Shown here: positions 18,638 to 28,109 of the stretch, piece by piece | Position numbering within the stretch: position 1 is the first letter of the stretch | Layout: each line of letters opens with the position of its first letter | The notes under the pieces: generated by a model | Seen by the model: only the letters and a program-made list of their open reading frames with translations | Database searches by the model: none | Told to the model about the DNA's origin: nothing | Assembly (NCBI GenBank): GCA_965223505.1 | Contig: CBDCWP010000021.1 | Span: 431,237 to 495,236, forward strand | Direction of reading: 5' to 3' | DNA length: 64,000 nt | From: Planctomycetota bacterium | GTDB taxonomy: Bacteria > Planctomycetota > PLA2 > JAEUHO01 | Position numbers and translations under genes: made by a program

Positions 18638-19105
18638 CTACGCGTCGTCCCAACGCGGTTCGTCGTCGATCCAGTCATCGTCCGCGTACTCTTCGTCGTC
18701 GTAGTCCTCGTCGTCGTAGAACGCCTGTTCGATCTCCCGCTGGATCCGCGCCTTGTCGCGGATGGCGACCAGGACGCCCCCGAGGAGCAGGCAGATGCCG
18801 CTCCCGACCAAGACCGCGACGTTGGGGCCGCTCGAGCGATAGCCCATGCCGCTGAAGATGCCGGAGAAAGCGCCGAAGATGCCGATCGCGATCAACGTGG
18901 CGCCCGCCGCGCCGGCGGCCGGCGGTGTCGGCGTGGCGCAGCGCACGAGCAGCACGATGCCGTTGAACACGAGCATCGCGCCGAGGGCCAGCGCGCCCGC
19001 CACGATCGTGTCGTCGCCGGAGAGCATGGCCCCGCAGACACCGATGAAGAGCAGGACCCCCGACGCCAGGATCAACAGCACGCCGAAGACGATCTTCAGT
19101 GCCAT
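18638..19105 (-). CDS. Small multi-pass membrane protein with acidic tail
   Basis: About 4 hydrophobic helices, FIGVCG motif, D/E-rich C-terminus. Confidence 0.75.
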   Translation of the reverse strand: MALKIVFGVLLILASGVLLFIGVCGAMLSGDDTIVAGALALGAMLVFNGIVLLVRCATPTPPAAGAAGATLIAIGIFGAFSGIFSGMGYRSSGPNVAVLVGSGICLLLGGVLVAIRDKARIQREIEQAFYDDEDYDDEEYADDDWIDDEPRWDDA

Positions 19106-19153
19106 CCGTCCGCTTCCTCCGCCCCGCGGGCACGATCGTAAGCCAAGGGACCG

Positions 19154-19548
19154 CTACGCGTCCGTCCTTGTTTCTTCGGTCGAGCCCGCGCGACGCCGTT
19201 GCGACGTGAGCCGACGAAACGAGGCGAACGCGGGCGCAAGGAGCGCGACCGACGCGCCGCAGACGACCCACACGCCCGATTGCCACTCGGCGAGCGAATA
19301 GAGAGGACCCCCGCGTTGGCCGCGAGACTCCCTGCGGCCAACAGCGACCACTCCCATGGTCTGGGGGAATCGACGAGCCTCGCGCGGAGCAAGAGCGCGA
19401 TTCCGTTGAACAGACACAGGAGACCCGCGGCGCCGCCGACGGCACCGGCATCCAGGATTCCCGCGGTGGACCCGCACAGTCCGAGAAGCAGGGGAAACCC
19501 GGCGAGGACGATGAGAAGGATGCCCGCCGCCAGCTTGACCGCGTCCAC
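19154..19548 (-). pseudogene. Small membrane protein with a single-base frameshift (pseudogene or sequencing error)
   Basis: Hydrophobic reading moves from ORF 19096..19548 to ORF 19154..19477 near the G5 run (plus-strand C run 19308-19312); N-terminus resembles 18638..19105. Confidence 0.6.
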
Positions 19549-19549
19549 G

Positions 19550-19888
19550 CTACCGCCCCTTTCGTCCGCCGTACATCAGGATGCAGACGATTAGGATGCC
19601 GAGGATGGCGACGCCGCCGATGACCATCACCGAGAGATCCGTTTGCCAGCCGCGCCACGCGATCGCGCATCCGCCGACGAGGAGCATGACACCCGCCGCG
19701 ACGAAAAGTAGTCCCGCGGTGTACCCGTGCCATCCCATTCGGATCCACAAGAACGGCGCCAGCAGGAGCGCGGCGCCGCCGGTGACGTAGAGCGCACCCG
19801 GTGTGTCGAGCGCGATGCCGCACGCGAACGCGACGATGCCGGCGATCATGCCGAAGAAGAACTGCAGCCCGACGGGGGTCTGGTTCAC
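19550..19888 (-). CDS. Small multi-pass membrane protein
   Basis: About 4 TM helices, LLVGGCA motif. Confidence 0.72.
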   Translation of the reverse strand: MNQTPVGLQFFFGMIAGIVAFACGIALDTPGALYVTGGAALLLAPFLWIRMGWHGYTAGLLFVAAGVMLLVGGCAIAWRGWQTDLSVMVIGGVAILGILIVCILMYGGRKGR

Positions 19889-19937
19889 TGCGGCCGCCGT
19901 TCGTCTGCGCCCACGTTCGCGGTGTGCCCGTCGCTCG

Positions 19938-21353
19938 TCATGCCGGCACGACTCCGCTCGCGTTCTGAAGCGCGCGCACCTCCTCGAGCCGCCGCTCCTG
20001 TGCGGCGTCGCGGTAGAAGATGTTGAACGTGTCGAACGGGATCACGCGCCCGTCCGGATGCACGATGTGCACGCAGCTCTTCTTCACCGAACGCACGTCG
20101 AGGTTGTACGGGTCCATGAAGTCGACGATCAACACGCGGAAGACGTTGTCGTAGGACAGCTCGCTCAGCTCGATCTTGGGCAAGCAGCACAGGAGCTGCT
20201 GTAGCGAGTCCGCCGACGACTCGGGCGAGTGCGACGTCGAGAAGAGCTCCGTCAGGCGGCCGCGCAAGTCGACCTGCTCGTAGACGATCGTGCTCTCTTC
20301 GCCGCGCAGGAGGATCGTCGGGTCGACCATGCTCGAAAGCGGCAGCACCTTCTCCGGCGTCTTGAGCGCGTACCCCATCGCGACGCAATCCGGATGGCAC
20401 GGAACCGGCATCACGTCCTCGGGCTCGAAGAGCGCCGTCTGCGCGAGGATCTGCTGCCGGACCTCGGAAAGCGTGAGCCGGTCCTTCGCCGGGTCCACAC
20501 CCTCCAGGCGGCCGGCCGCCTGGATCGGCTGGAACGTGACGCCGCGCACGCAGCGCTGCTTCAGGGCTTCGTCGATGATCGTCCCGATCTCGTGGTCGTT
20601 GACGCCCTTCTTGAGCGTCACCACGAGCGTCGTGGAGAGGTTGAGCTCGTTCAGACGGTCCATGGTCTGCTCGCGGATGCGCCGAAGGTCCGCGCCGCGA
20701 AGGTCGCGCAGCGCGCCCTCCTCGAACGAGTCGAACTGCAGGTAGAGCTCGAACCCCGGCATGTACGTCGCGAGCCGCTCGGTGAACTCTCGATCCTCCG
20801 CGATCCTGATGCCGTTGGTGTTGACCATGAGGTGCTTGATCGGGCGCGCCTTGGCGGCGTCGAGGATCTCGAAGAACTGCGGATGGATCGTCGGCTCGCC
20901 GCCGCTGATCTGCACCACGTCCGGCTCGCCCTCGTTCGCCACGCAGGCGTCGAGCATGCGCTCGATGTGCGCGAGCGAGCGGTGCGAACCGTGATGCGGC
21001 GACGACTCCGCGTAGCAGACCGGGCACGTGAGGTTGCAGCGGTCCGTCACCTCGACCAGCGTGACGCAACCGTGCTGCTCGTGATCGGTGCAGATGCCGC
21101 AGTCGTACGGGCAGCCGAAGCGCGTCTCGGTGTTGAAGCGCTTGGGGAGCTGACCGTGCTTGAGCGTTCGCCGTGTCCACCGGTGGTACTCGACGTCGGT
21201 CGAGACCAGCACCCGCTCGTGCCCGTGCTCGGGGCAACGCTTCAGCATGTAGACGCGGTCGTCGCGTTCCACGATCTTCGCTTCGACCTTGCGTAGGCAC
21301 GTGGAGCAGATGCTGTTGGTCAGCTCGAGGAAGAGATCAGGCCGATTCGCCAT
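19938..21353 (-). CDS. Radical SAM protein, Tes/MJ0619 (tetraether lipid synthase)-like family
   Basis: CSTC...CPEHG, CPYDCGICTDH, CNLTCPVC, GGEPT, PCHPDC, SCVH...GRVIPF. Confidence 0.85.
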   Translation of the reverse strand: MANRPDLFLELTNSICSTCLRKVEAKIVERDDRVYMLKRCPEHGHERVLVSTDVEYHRWTRRTLKHGQLPKRFNTETRFGCPYDCGICTDHEQHGCVTLVEVTDRCNLTCPVCYAESSPHHGSHRSLAHIERMLDACVANEGEPDVVQISGGEPTIHPQFFEILDAAKARPIKHLMVNTNGIRIAEDREFTERLATYMPGFELYLQFDSFEEGALRDLRGADLRRIREQTMDRLNELNLSTTLVVTLKKGVNDHEIGTIIDEALKQRCVRGVTFQPIQAAGRLEGVDPAKDRLTLSEVRQQILAQTALFEPEDVMPVPCHPDCVAMGYALKTPEKVLPLSSMVDPTILLRGEESTIVYEQVDLRGRLTELFSTSHSPESSADSLQQLLCCLPKIELSELSYDNVFRVLIVDFMDPYNLDVRSVKKSCVHIVHPDGRVIPFDTFNIFYRDAAQERRLEEVRALQNASGVVPA

Positions 21354-22086
21354 GGCGACTCCCGGAGGTTCGATCGAGACGGCCGAGGCTTCGCAGAGCG
21401 ATGACGCAGCCGATCGCGCTCGCGATCTGGATGGCGCTCAGGAAGAGCCACGTGTCGCGGGGCTTGATGAACTCGATGCAGAATCGATAGGCGGCGTACG
21501 CCGCGATGAACGTGCGGAACAGCGCGCCGTTGGGTCGATCCGGATTGCGGCGAGCGAAGAGCAGGATGCCCAGCCCCACGAGGAAGACGATGTCGTAGAT
21601 CTGGGTCGGGTGGCGGGCCACGCCGTCGCCGAAGTCGACGCCCCACGGGAGCGACGTTGCGATCCCGTGCGTCTTGTCTTCGAGTCCCGTCAGGAAGCAG
21701 CCGACGCGCCCGATTGCCATCCCCGTGAGCAGCGGGGCGACGCAGGCGTCCCCTGTGGAGTGACGGATGCCCATCGTCTTCTTGGCGACCTCGACCCCGA
21801 TCCATCCGCCGAGCAGCCCGCCGACGATCGTCTTGCCGGTCAGGAGCATCTCCAGGTTCCACTCGTCGGGGTGCTCGAGGAACGAGAGCGCCTTCGAGCC
21901 GAGCAGCGCGCCGACGATCGCGCCCGCCAGGATCCAAACCGTCTGGTCGGGCGGCACGGCCGCGCGTGCGTAGCGCTTGCGCGTGGCGAGGTACAGCTGG
22001 AAGCCGACCCCGTACGCGAGGACCTCGAACACCGGGTGCGGATGCAGCGTCGTTCCGCAGCACTCGAGCTCGAAGGGGAATTTCAA
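21337..22086 (-). CDS. Prolipoprotein diacylglyceryl transferase (Lgt)-family protein
   Basis: GKTIVGGLLGG, AIGRVGCF, HPTQIY, YRFCIEF. Confidence 0.85.
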   Translation of the reverse strand: MKFPFELECCGTTLHPHPVFEVLAYGVGFQLYLATRKRYARAAVPPDQTVWILAGAIVGALLGSKALSFLEHPDEWNLEMLLTGKTIVGGLLGGWIGVEVAKKTMGIRHSTGDACVAPLLTGMAIGRVGCFLTGLEDKTHGIATSLPWGVDFGDGVARHPTQIYDIVFLVGLGILLFARRNPDRPNGALFRTFIAAYAAYRFCIEFIKPRDTWLFLSAIQIASAIGCVIALRSLGRLDRTSGSRHGESA

Positions 22087-22261
22087 CGGACGGCTCCCAC
22101 GCGCGCCATCCGATCACAACCGTGCGGGCGGCACCACGCCGTTTCCGCGAATCGCATCGATAAGCGCGGCTGCGTACGCGCCCTCGGGAGCCGCTGGCGC
22201 AGGCGGGTTCGGATCGATGACGTCGCTCGCGCCGGTCACGGACGGCGACGCGAGCCCGGGG

Positions 22262-22570
22262 CTACTCGCCGCCGAAGCGGTTGCCGACGCGCAGCGGCGC
22301 GTCGTTCATCGGCACGTGGCACTGGCGGCACATCGAGCGCTCCTCGTGCGGGGTGACCGGCACGGCCGAGTCCTTCGCGTGGATCTCACTGTGGCAACGG
22401 ATGCAGGCCTCTTCCTTGTAGTCCTGGTGCGGCACCATCGGCGGCGCGCCGAACGACGAGACGTTGGGCGGGGCGGCGTCTTCCGCGCCGAACACCGGCA
22501 CCAGCAGGAAGCCGACGATCAGAAAGCCGGCGATGACGGCGATGAGCTTGATGCGGTCACTTTGGTTCAT
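22262..22570 (-). CDS. napB: Short NapB-like dihaem cytochrome c
   Basis: GAPPMVPH, CIRCH, PH, CRQCHVP; directly downstream of napA. Confidence 0.8.
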   Translation of the reverse strand: MNQSDRIKLIAVIAGFLIVGFLLVPVFGAEDAAPPNVSSFGAPPMVPHQDYKEEACIRCHSEIHAKDSAVPVTPHEERSMCRQCHVPMNDAPLRVGNRFGGE

Positions 22571-22579
22571 CGGTCCCTC

Positions 22580-24907
22580 CTAGCTCGCCGCCGCGATCTT
22601 GACCGCGCACTTCTTGTAGTCGGGTTGCTTCGACATCGGGTCGATGGCGCCCAGCGTCACACGGTTGATGAGCCGGTCCTCGTCGAAGAACGGCACGTAG
22701 ACGTAGCCGCGCGGAACCCGGATGCGCTTGTCGAGCGACACCGGCAACTCCATCTTCCCGCGCCGCGACGTGATGACGATCCGGGGGCCGCTCTTCTGGA
22801 TCCCCAGGTCCTTGGCATCGTCGGGGTGCAGCCACGCCAGGGCCTCCGGAACGGTGCGGTGCAGATGGGGAACGCGACGCGTCATCGTGCCGGTATGCCA
22901 GTGCTCGAGCACGCGACCGGTGCAGAGCCAGAAGGGGTACTCCACGTCAGGCGATTCGGGCGGGGGTTCGTAGGGCCGTGCCCAGACGACCGCGCGCCCG
23001 TTCTTGCGTCCGTAGAACTTGACGCCGTCGGGCGTGTCCTTCGGCACGTAGGGGTCGTACGCGGCGTTGAATCGCCAGGGCGTCTCCTTGCCGTCGATCA
23101 CGGGCCAGCGCATGCCGCGCGTCGCCAAGAGCTCCTCGTAGCTCGCGACGTCGTGCTTCGTCCCGAGCGTGCACTCCCGATATTCGTTGTAGAGGTGCTT
23201 CTCGAGATGGTCGTCCCAGGCCTTCGGGAACAGCGTCTCGAACCCCATGCGCCGCGCAACTTCGACGTACTGCCAGACGTCGGGCCGCGCGTCGCCGGGC
23301 GGGTCGACCAGCTTGGCGAAGTGATGCGTGCGACGCTCGGAGTTGCCGAACATGCCCTCCTTCTCGACCCACGCGGCCGAGGGCAGGATCAGGTCGGCGG
23401 CGGCCGTCGTCTCGGTCGGGTACATGTCCGACACGATGATGAACACGTCGTCGCGGTCCCGCGCCTCTTCGACGAACCGGTGAAGGTCCGGCATCGATTG
23501 GAACGGGTTCGTCGTGTCGACCCAGATCGACTTGATCTTGCCCGCGGCGACCTTGTCCCACATCGCCTTGGCGTGCGTGAGCGGGCTGTCCTCGGGCGAC
23601 GGAATCGTGCCGGGCTCGAGGTCCCAGAGCTCCTCCATCTCCTTGCGGTGCTCGGCGTTCATCACGACGCGGTCCGACGGGAGCCGGTGCGTGAAGGTGC
23701 CGACCTCGCGGCACGTGCCGCAGGCGCTCGGCTGTCCGGTCAACGAGAACGGGCTGTTGCCGGGCTCGGAGACCTTGCCGGTGAGGAGATGGAGGTTGTG
23801 AACGAGGTTGTTGATCCACACACCGCGCGTGTGCTGGTTCATGCCCATCGTCCAGAGCGACGTGCAGCGCAGCTCCGGGTTCCCATAGTCGGCAGCGAGC
23901 TTCTCGATGTTCGCCGCCGAGATGCCGATGTCCGCGGCGACCTTTTCCGGCGCATAGTCGGCGAGGAAGGCCTCGTAGCCCTCGAGGTCGATGGGGCGGT
24001 CCGTCGTTCCGCCGCCGTTCGCCCCGAAGTCGGTCTGCTTGAACTCGAGGTGCGTCTTGACGAACGGGGCGTCGATCTTGCCGTCGCGGACGATGCAGTG
24101 CGCGATGGCGTTGGCCAGCTTCAGGTCCGTGTGCGGCTCGAAGATGTGCGTCTCGTCGGCGCCTTCGTCCGTCATGTGCCGGTACGTCTGCAGGCTGATG
24201 ATGCGCACGTTCGGATCGGCGTGGCGGCGCCGGAGGATCCGGTTGAAGAGCATGGGGTGCATCTCGGCCATGTTGGCGCCCCACAGGAAGAACCGGTCGG
24301 CCGCCTCGAAGTCGTCGTAGCAACCGGGGGGCTCGTCGATGCCGTAGGTCGTGAGATAGCCGACGACCGCCGACGCCATGCAGAGGCGCGCATTCGGTTC
24401 GATGTTGTTGCTCCGGATGCCGGCCTTCATCCACTTCAGCGCCGCGTAGCCCTCCGGGATGGTCCACTGGCCCGACCCGAAGAGCGCGACCGCGTCCTTG
24501 CCGTGCTCGGCGATGAGGCCCGTCCACCGCTCGGCGATCATGTCGAGGGCTTCGTCCCAGGAAATGTCCACGAGCTTGCCGTCCTTGCGCAGCTGCGGCC
24601 GGGTCAACCGGTCTTCGCCGTAGAGGACCTGCGCGAGCCCGTAGCCCTTCGTGCAGAGCAGGCCCTGGTTGACCGGCGCCTTGACGTCGCCGCGAACCGA
24701 CACGATCTTGCCGTCCTTCACGGCGACCTCCGTGCCGCAACCCGTCCCGCAGAAGCGGCACGGCGCCTTCGACCAGGTCGCGCCGTCGTCGGACGGCACG
24801 GGCGACGAGGGATCGGCGAACAGCCGGTCGACCAGCGAAGGTGCGACGAGCGCGCCTGCGCCGCCGATGGCCGCGTACTTGATCAGGTCCCGCCGACTCG
24901 CATCCAT
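22580..24907 (-). CDS. napA: Periplasmic nitrate reductase catalytic subunit
   Basis: Tat SRRDLIK; CRFCGTGC; GSGQWT; NARLCMAS; SLTGQPSACGT; QPDYKKCAV. Confidence 0.93.
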   Translation of the reverse strand: MDASRRDLIKYAAIGGAGALVAPSLVDRLFADPSSPVPSDDGATWSKAPCRFCGTGCGTEVAVKDGKIVSVRGDVKAPVNQGLLCTKGYGLAQVLYGEDRLTRPQLRKDGKLVDISWDEALDMIAERWTGLIAEHGKDAVALFGSGQWTIPEGYAALKWMKAGIRSNNIEPNARLCMASAVVGYLTTYGIDEPPGCYDDFEAADRFFLWGANMAEMHPMLFNRILRRRHADPNVRIISLQTYRHMTDEGADETHIFEPHTDLKLANAIAHCIVRDGKIDAPFVKTHLEFKQTDFGANGGGTTDRPIDLEGYEAFLADYAPEKVAADIGISAANIEKLAADYGNPELRCTSLWTMGMNQHTRGVWINNLVHNLHLLTGKVSEPGNSPFSLTGQPSACGTCREVGTFTHRLPSDRVVMNAEHRKEMEELWDLEPGTIPSPEDSPLTHAKAMWDKVAAGKIKSIWVDTTNPFQSMPDLHRFVEEARDRDDVFIIVSDMYPTETTAAADLILPSAAWVEKEGMFGNSERRTHHFAKLVDPPGDARPDVWQYVEVARRMGFETLFPKAWDDHLEKHLYNEYRECTLGTKHDVASYEELLATRGMRWPVIDGKETPWRFNAAYDPYVPKDTPDGVKFYGRKNGRAVVWARPYEPPPESPDVEYPFWLCTGRVLEHWHTGTMTRRVPHLHRTVPEALAWLHPDDAKDLGIQKSGPRIVITSRRGKMELPVSLDKRIRVPRGYVYVPFFDEDRLINRVTLGAIDPMSKQPDYKKCAVKIAAAS

Positions 24908-25041
24908 ACCGCCCTCCTCGTGGCTTCGACCAGCTTGCGAACTCTACACGCCGCGTGCCCATCCAAGGGACGAAGGAATGACGCAGCTCGGCCCGAACGC
25001 GTGGGGGCCAGTCCCCAGGGATGGGGACCCTTCCGCAGCCG

Positions 25042-26148
25042 CTATGCCTGCTGCATGTGAACCACGCGTTGCGGAAAGGGGATCTCGATGCCCTCCTCCG
25101 CGAAGCGCTTGTAGAGCATCATGTTGACCTCGTCGAGCGCGCGCCCTTTCAGCTCGGGCTCGGGAATCCAGCCCCGAAGCTGCAGGTCGATGGCCGAATC
25201 GCCGAAGCCGCGGACGCGAACGCTCGGTGCCGGGTCGGCGACCAGATACTGGGACTGATCGGCGACCTCGAGGAGGACCTCGCGCACCTTGTCCAGGTCG
25301 CTGCCGTAGGCCACGCCGACGGGGACGCGCAGCCGCCGCATCACGAAGCGCCCGCCGGTTTCGTTCACGATCTTCGTGTTCGCCATGACGCCGTTCGGGA
25401 TCGTGATCTCGATGTCGTCCCGCGTGCGAATGCGCGTCGAGCGAATGCCGATGTCGGTCACGACGCCCCGCTCCCCCGCGCCCGTGATGATGTAGTCGCC
25501 GAGCTTGTACGGCGCGTCGGTCAGGATGAAGATGCCCGCGAAGAGGTTCGCCAGCGTGTCCTTGGCCGCGAAGCCGATCGCGATGCCCAGGATGCCGGCC
25601 GACGCGAGCCACGCGGTCACGTTGATGCCCCAGGCGAGCATGATCACGTAGATGGCCCCGCCCACGACCAGCAGCTTGGCGACGATCTCGAACAGCGGTA
25701 GCGAGCGCGGCTGGATCCAGTTGAAGTCGTCGGCGCGCCGCGCCATCGCGTCCAGGATCGCGTCGCTGATGCGCATCGACGCCCGCATCCACACCCACGT
25801 CCCGATGGTCACGAGGACGGAGACGATGATCCCGATGTAGCGGTCGGCGTCGGCTTTCTCAGCGGCGACGGCCTCTTTCACGTTCTCGGAGGCATCGTCC
25901 GGGGCGGGCGCGACGCCCAGGAAGTCCACGTGCTTCACCGCGAAGCTGACGCCGATGAACAGCAGCGTGAGGAAGACCGGCCAGCGCAACGCGCTCAACA
26001 CCTGGTCGTCGACCTGCGTCTTGGTGTGGCCTGTCAGCAACGGTAAGACGCGCGTGATGACGAGCTGCAGGACGAACGCCGCGACCAGGGAGTACCCGAG
26101 GATCTCCCAGGGGTTCAGAGACTCGATCCAGGCGATGAGGTCGTCCAT
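25042..26148 (-). CDS. mscS: Small-conductance mechanosensitive channel family protein
   Basis: AIGFAAKDTLANLFAG, IGIRSTRI, IEIPFPQR. Confidence 0.9.
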   Translation of the reverse strand: MDDLIAWIESLNPWEILGYSLVAAFVLQLVITRVLPLLTGHTKTQVDDQVLSALRWPVFLTLLFIGVSFAVKHVDFLGVAPAPDDASENVKEAVAAEKADADRYIGIIVSVLVTIGTWVWMRASMRISDAILDAMARRADDFNWIQPRSLPLFEIVAKLLVVGGAIYVIMLAWGINVTAWLASAGILGIAIGFAAKDTLANLFAGIFILTDAPYKLGDYIITGAGERGVVTDIGIRSTRIRTRDDIEITIPNGVMANTKIVNETGGRFVMRRLRVPVGVAYGSDLDKVREVLLEVADQSQYLVADPAPSVRVRGFGDSAIDLQLRGWIPEPELKGRALDEVNMMLYKRFAEEGIEIPFPQRVVHMQQA

Positions 26149-26368
26149 GACGCGCAATGATCCGAGCGCCGAGGGACACGCCGGGAACCGCGCGCGATGG
26201 CTGTTGGCCGACGAACGAAAGCGTCCAATTCGTGCAGCGCCGCGGTGCTCCCGCCGCTGATTGTTAAGAACCCTGAACACTTCCCGGTGCCTGGCGGCCG
26301 CGGCCGCAAGGCGACCCGAAGGGGCCCTTGCAAACGCCGCGCGAAGCCCTATGACCGGTGCTCCCTCC

Positions 26369-26743
26369 ATGACGAGCTACCAAGCACGACTGATCTACGA
26401 TTCGGAGCGTGCCGACGCCCTCGCCGGGCTCCGCGGTTACCGCTCGCGGAATCGGACCATCCTGTTCGCATGCGAAGCGCTCGGTGTCGACCTCGTCGTG
26501 ATCCCGAACGGGACCATGGGGCCGTGCCTCGTGCATGGCCAGGTTCGCCGTCCGGATGACGCGCCGGAAGCGGGCGCGCACGTCGGGTTCGGGAAGGCGT
26601 CCGCGGCCCGAACCGATTCGCACGGTCAGTTCTCGACACACTGGCCCCGTCCCGAAGAGCAGCGCGTCATGAGCATCGTGACCGAACACGAAACCGTCGT
26701 CTGCGTGATGCCGGACCTGTCGGAGGACCGGCAGGAGAGCTAG
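26369..26743 (+). CDS. Hypothetical protein
   Basis: Fills the gap between divergent and convergent genes with plausible codon usage. Confidence 0.55.
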   Translation: MTSYQARLIYDSERADALAGLRGYRSRNRTILFACEALGVDLVVIPNGTMGPCLVHGQVRRPDDAPEAGAHVGFGKASAARTDSHGQFSTHWPRPEEQRVMSIVTEHETVVCVMPDLSEDRQES

Positions 26744-26759
26744 GCACAGATCGAGCCGG

Positions 26760-28040
26760 CTACTCGATCACCTTCAGCGCGACCGTGTCGCGCTTGCCGT
26801 TGCGGATGCGCACGACGTCGACCTTGGTTCCGATCTTCTGCGTGAGCCGGAACCAAGCCTGGAAGTGCTGTTCGCTGTCGAAGTCCTTCTTGCCGGCGAC
26901 GGAGACGACGACGTCGCCCTTCCGCAGCCCCGCCTGCGCGGCGTTGCGGCCCGTGTACGCGTTGTCGCCCCACGTGACGAGGTAGCCGATGCGGAACGCG
27001 AACTCGTCCGCCGGAATCCCGAGCTGCCGCTTCTGGTCGGGGTTCAACGCGCGCCCGCCGAATCCGGGCTTGGGTGACTGCGGCCACTTGGCCGCGCGCC
27101 AGGCGTACGTCTTCGGCGTCATCTCCTTCCAGCCCTTGCCGAGGCGCAACGTCGCGGTCTTCGACGCGTGGCCATTCGTCCACGTGATCTCGAGCGAGGT
27201 GGACTTCGCCGGCGCTTCGTGGAGCACCCGTTGCACGTCGCCGAAGGTGCGCACGACGGCGCCGTTCATCGTCGTGATCCGGTCGCCTGCGACAAGACCT
27301 GCATTGGCCGTCGACGACCCGTCCTCGACCGCGCGCACGAGCGTCTGGTCGTCCCGGTGGAGGGAAAGGCCGGCCTGAATCGGGTCGGGCCACATCCATC
27401 GATCGTCCTTCTTGAATCGCTTGGCCTTCATCGCGTCGCGAATGCGGCCTTCGTAGACCATGTGGCAGTGAAAGCACTCGGGCTTCTTCGAGCGCTGCTT
27501 CCAGTGGGGGATGTCCTCGATCACCGACGCCGGTCGCCGCTTCGGTGGCTTGGGGTCCTTCTGATAGGCCGCGTGATCGCCGAGGGTGTCGTTCAGGACC
27601 TTGACGAAGGCCTCCATCGACAGATGGGACTGGGGGTCGGTCCAGTCGCGTCCTCCGTAGGTGTGGTAGATCGTGCCGTCCGCGTTCATCAGCAGCGTGC
27701 AGAACGTGAGGTCGTAGTGGAAGTCGAAGGTATTGAGGTCCACGCCGAGCATGTTCGTCACGCGGACGCAGATGTAGTTCTTCGCAGCCTCGGCGAGAGC
27801 CTTGGGCGCACGGACAACCTGCCCGTCGAAGGACGCACAGTCCTTTCACGGCTCTCAGCGAAAGACGATGAGCAGCGGTTTTCCTTCCTTTCGGGCCTGG
27901 TCACGTGCTTCGTCGAGATCAGTGATCCACTCGATGGCGCCCTCCGCGTCGGCGTCGTCGGTGAGCGGAACGAATGAGAGCCCGATGACCAGCGCGGCGG
28001 CGAGTACGGCCGGCGCTGTGCATGCCTGAATGCGACCCAT
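26760..28040 (-). CDS. Trx7/PDZ domain-containing selenoprotein with U-x-x-U-x-x-C motif (426 aa)
   Basis: WITDLDEARDQARKEGKPLLIVFR-TGA(27855-57)-EP-TGA(27846-48)-KDCASFDGQV, in frame with ORF 26760..27761 (DLNTFDFHYDLT, YGGRD, CFHCH, PDZ-like repeats). Confidence 0.88.
27810..27845 (-). promoter_or_regulatory. Tandem SECIS-like hairpins
   Basis: AAGGAC-TGTGC-GTCCTT (27829-27845) and ACGGGCA-GGT-TGTCCGT (27810-27826). Confidence 0.6.
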
Positions 28041-28109
28041 GAACGACCTCCTCCCGCGGCAGTCTATCCGTTGCGCCCGGGACCCGGACTTCCGCTAGTC
28101 TCTTGCCCC

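Noticed and set aside
19300..19315. Frameshift in the small membrane gene as programmed recoding
   Set aside because: A single event at a G5 homopolymer; best explained as a sequencing error or mutation.
24380..24382. NapA Mo-ligand as possible Sec
   Set aside because: The codon is TGC (Cys).
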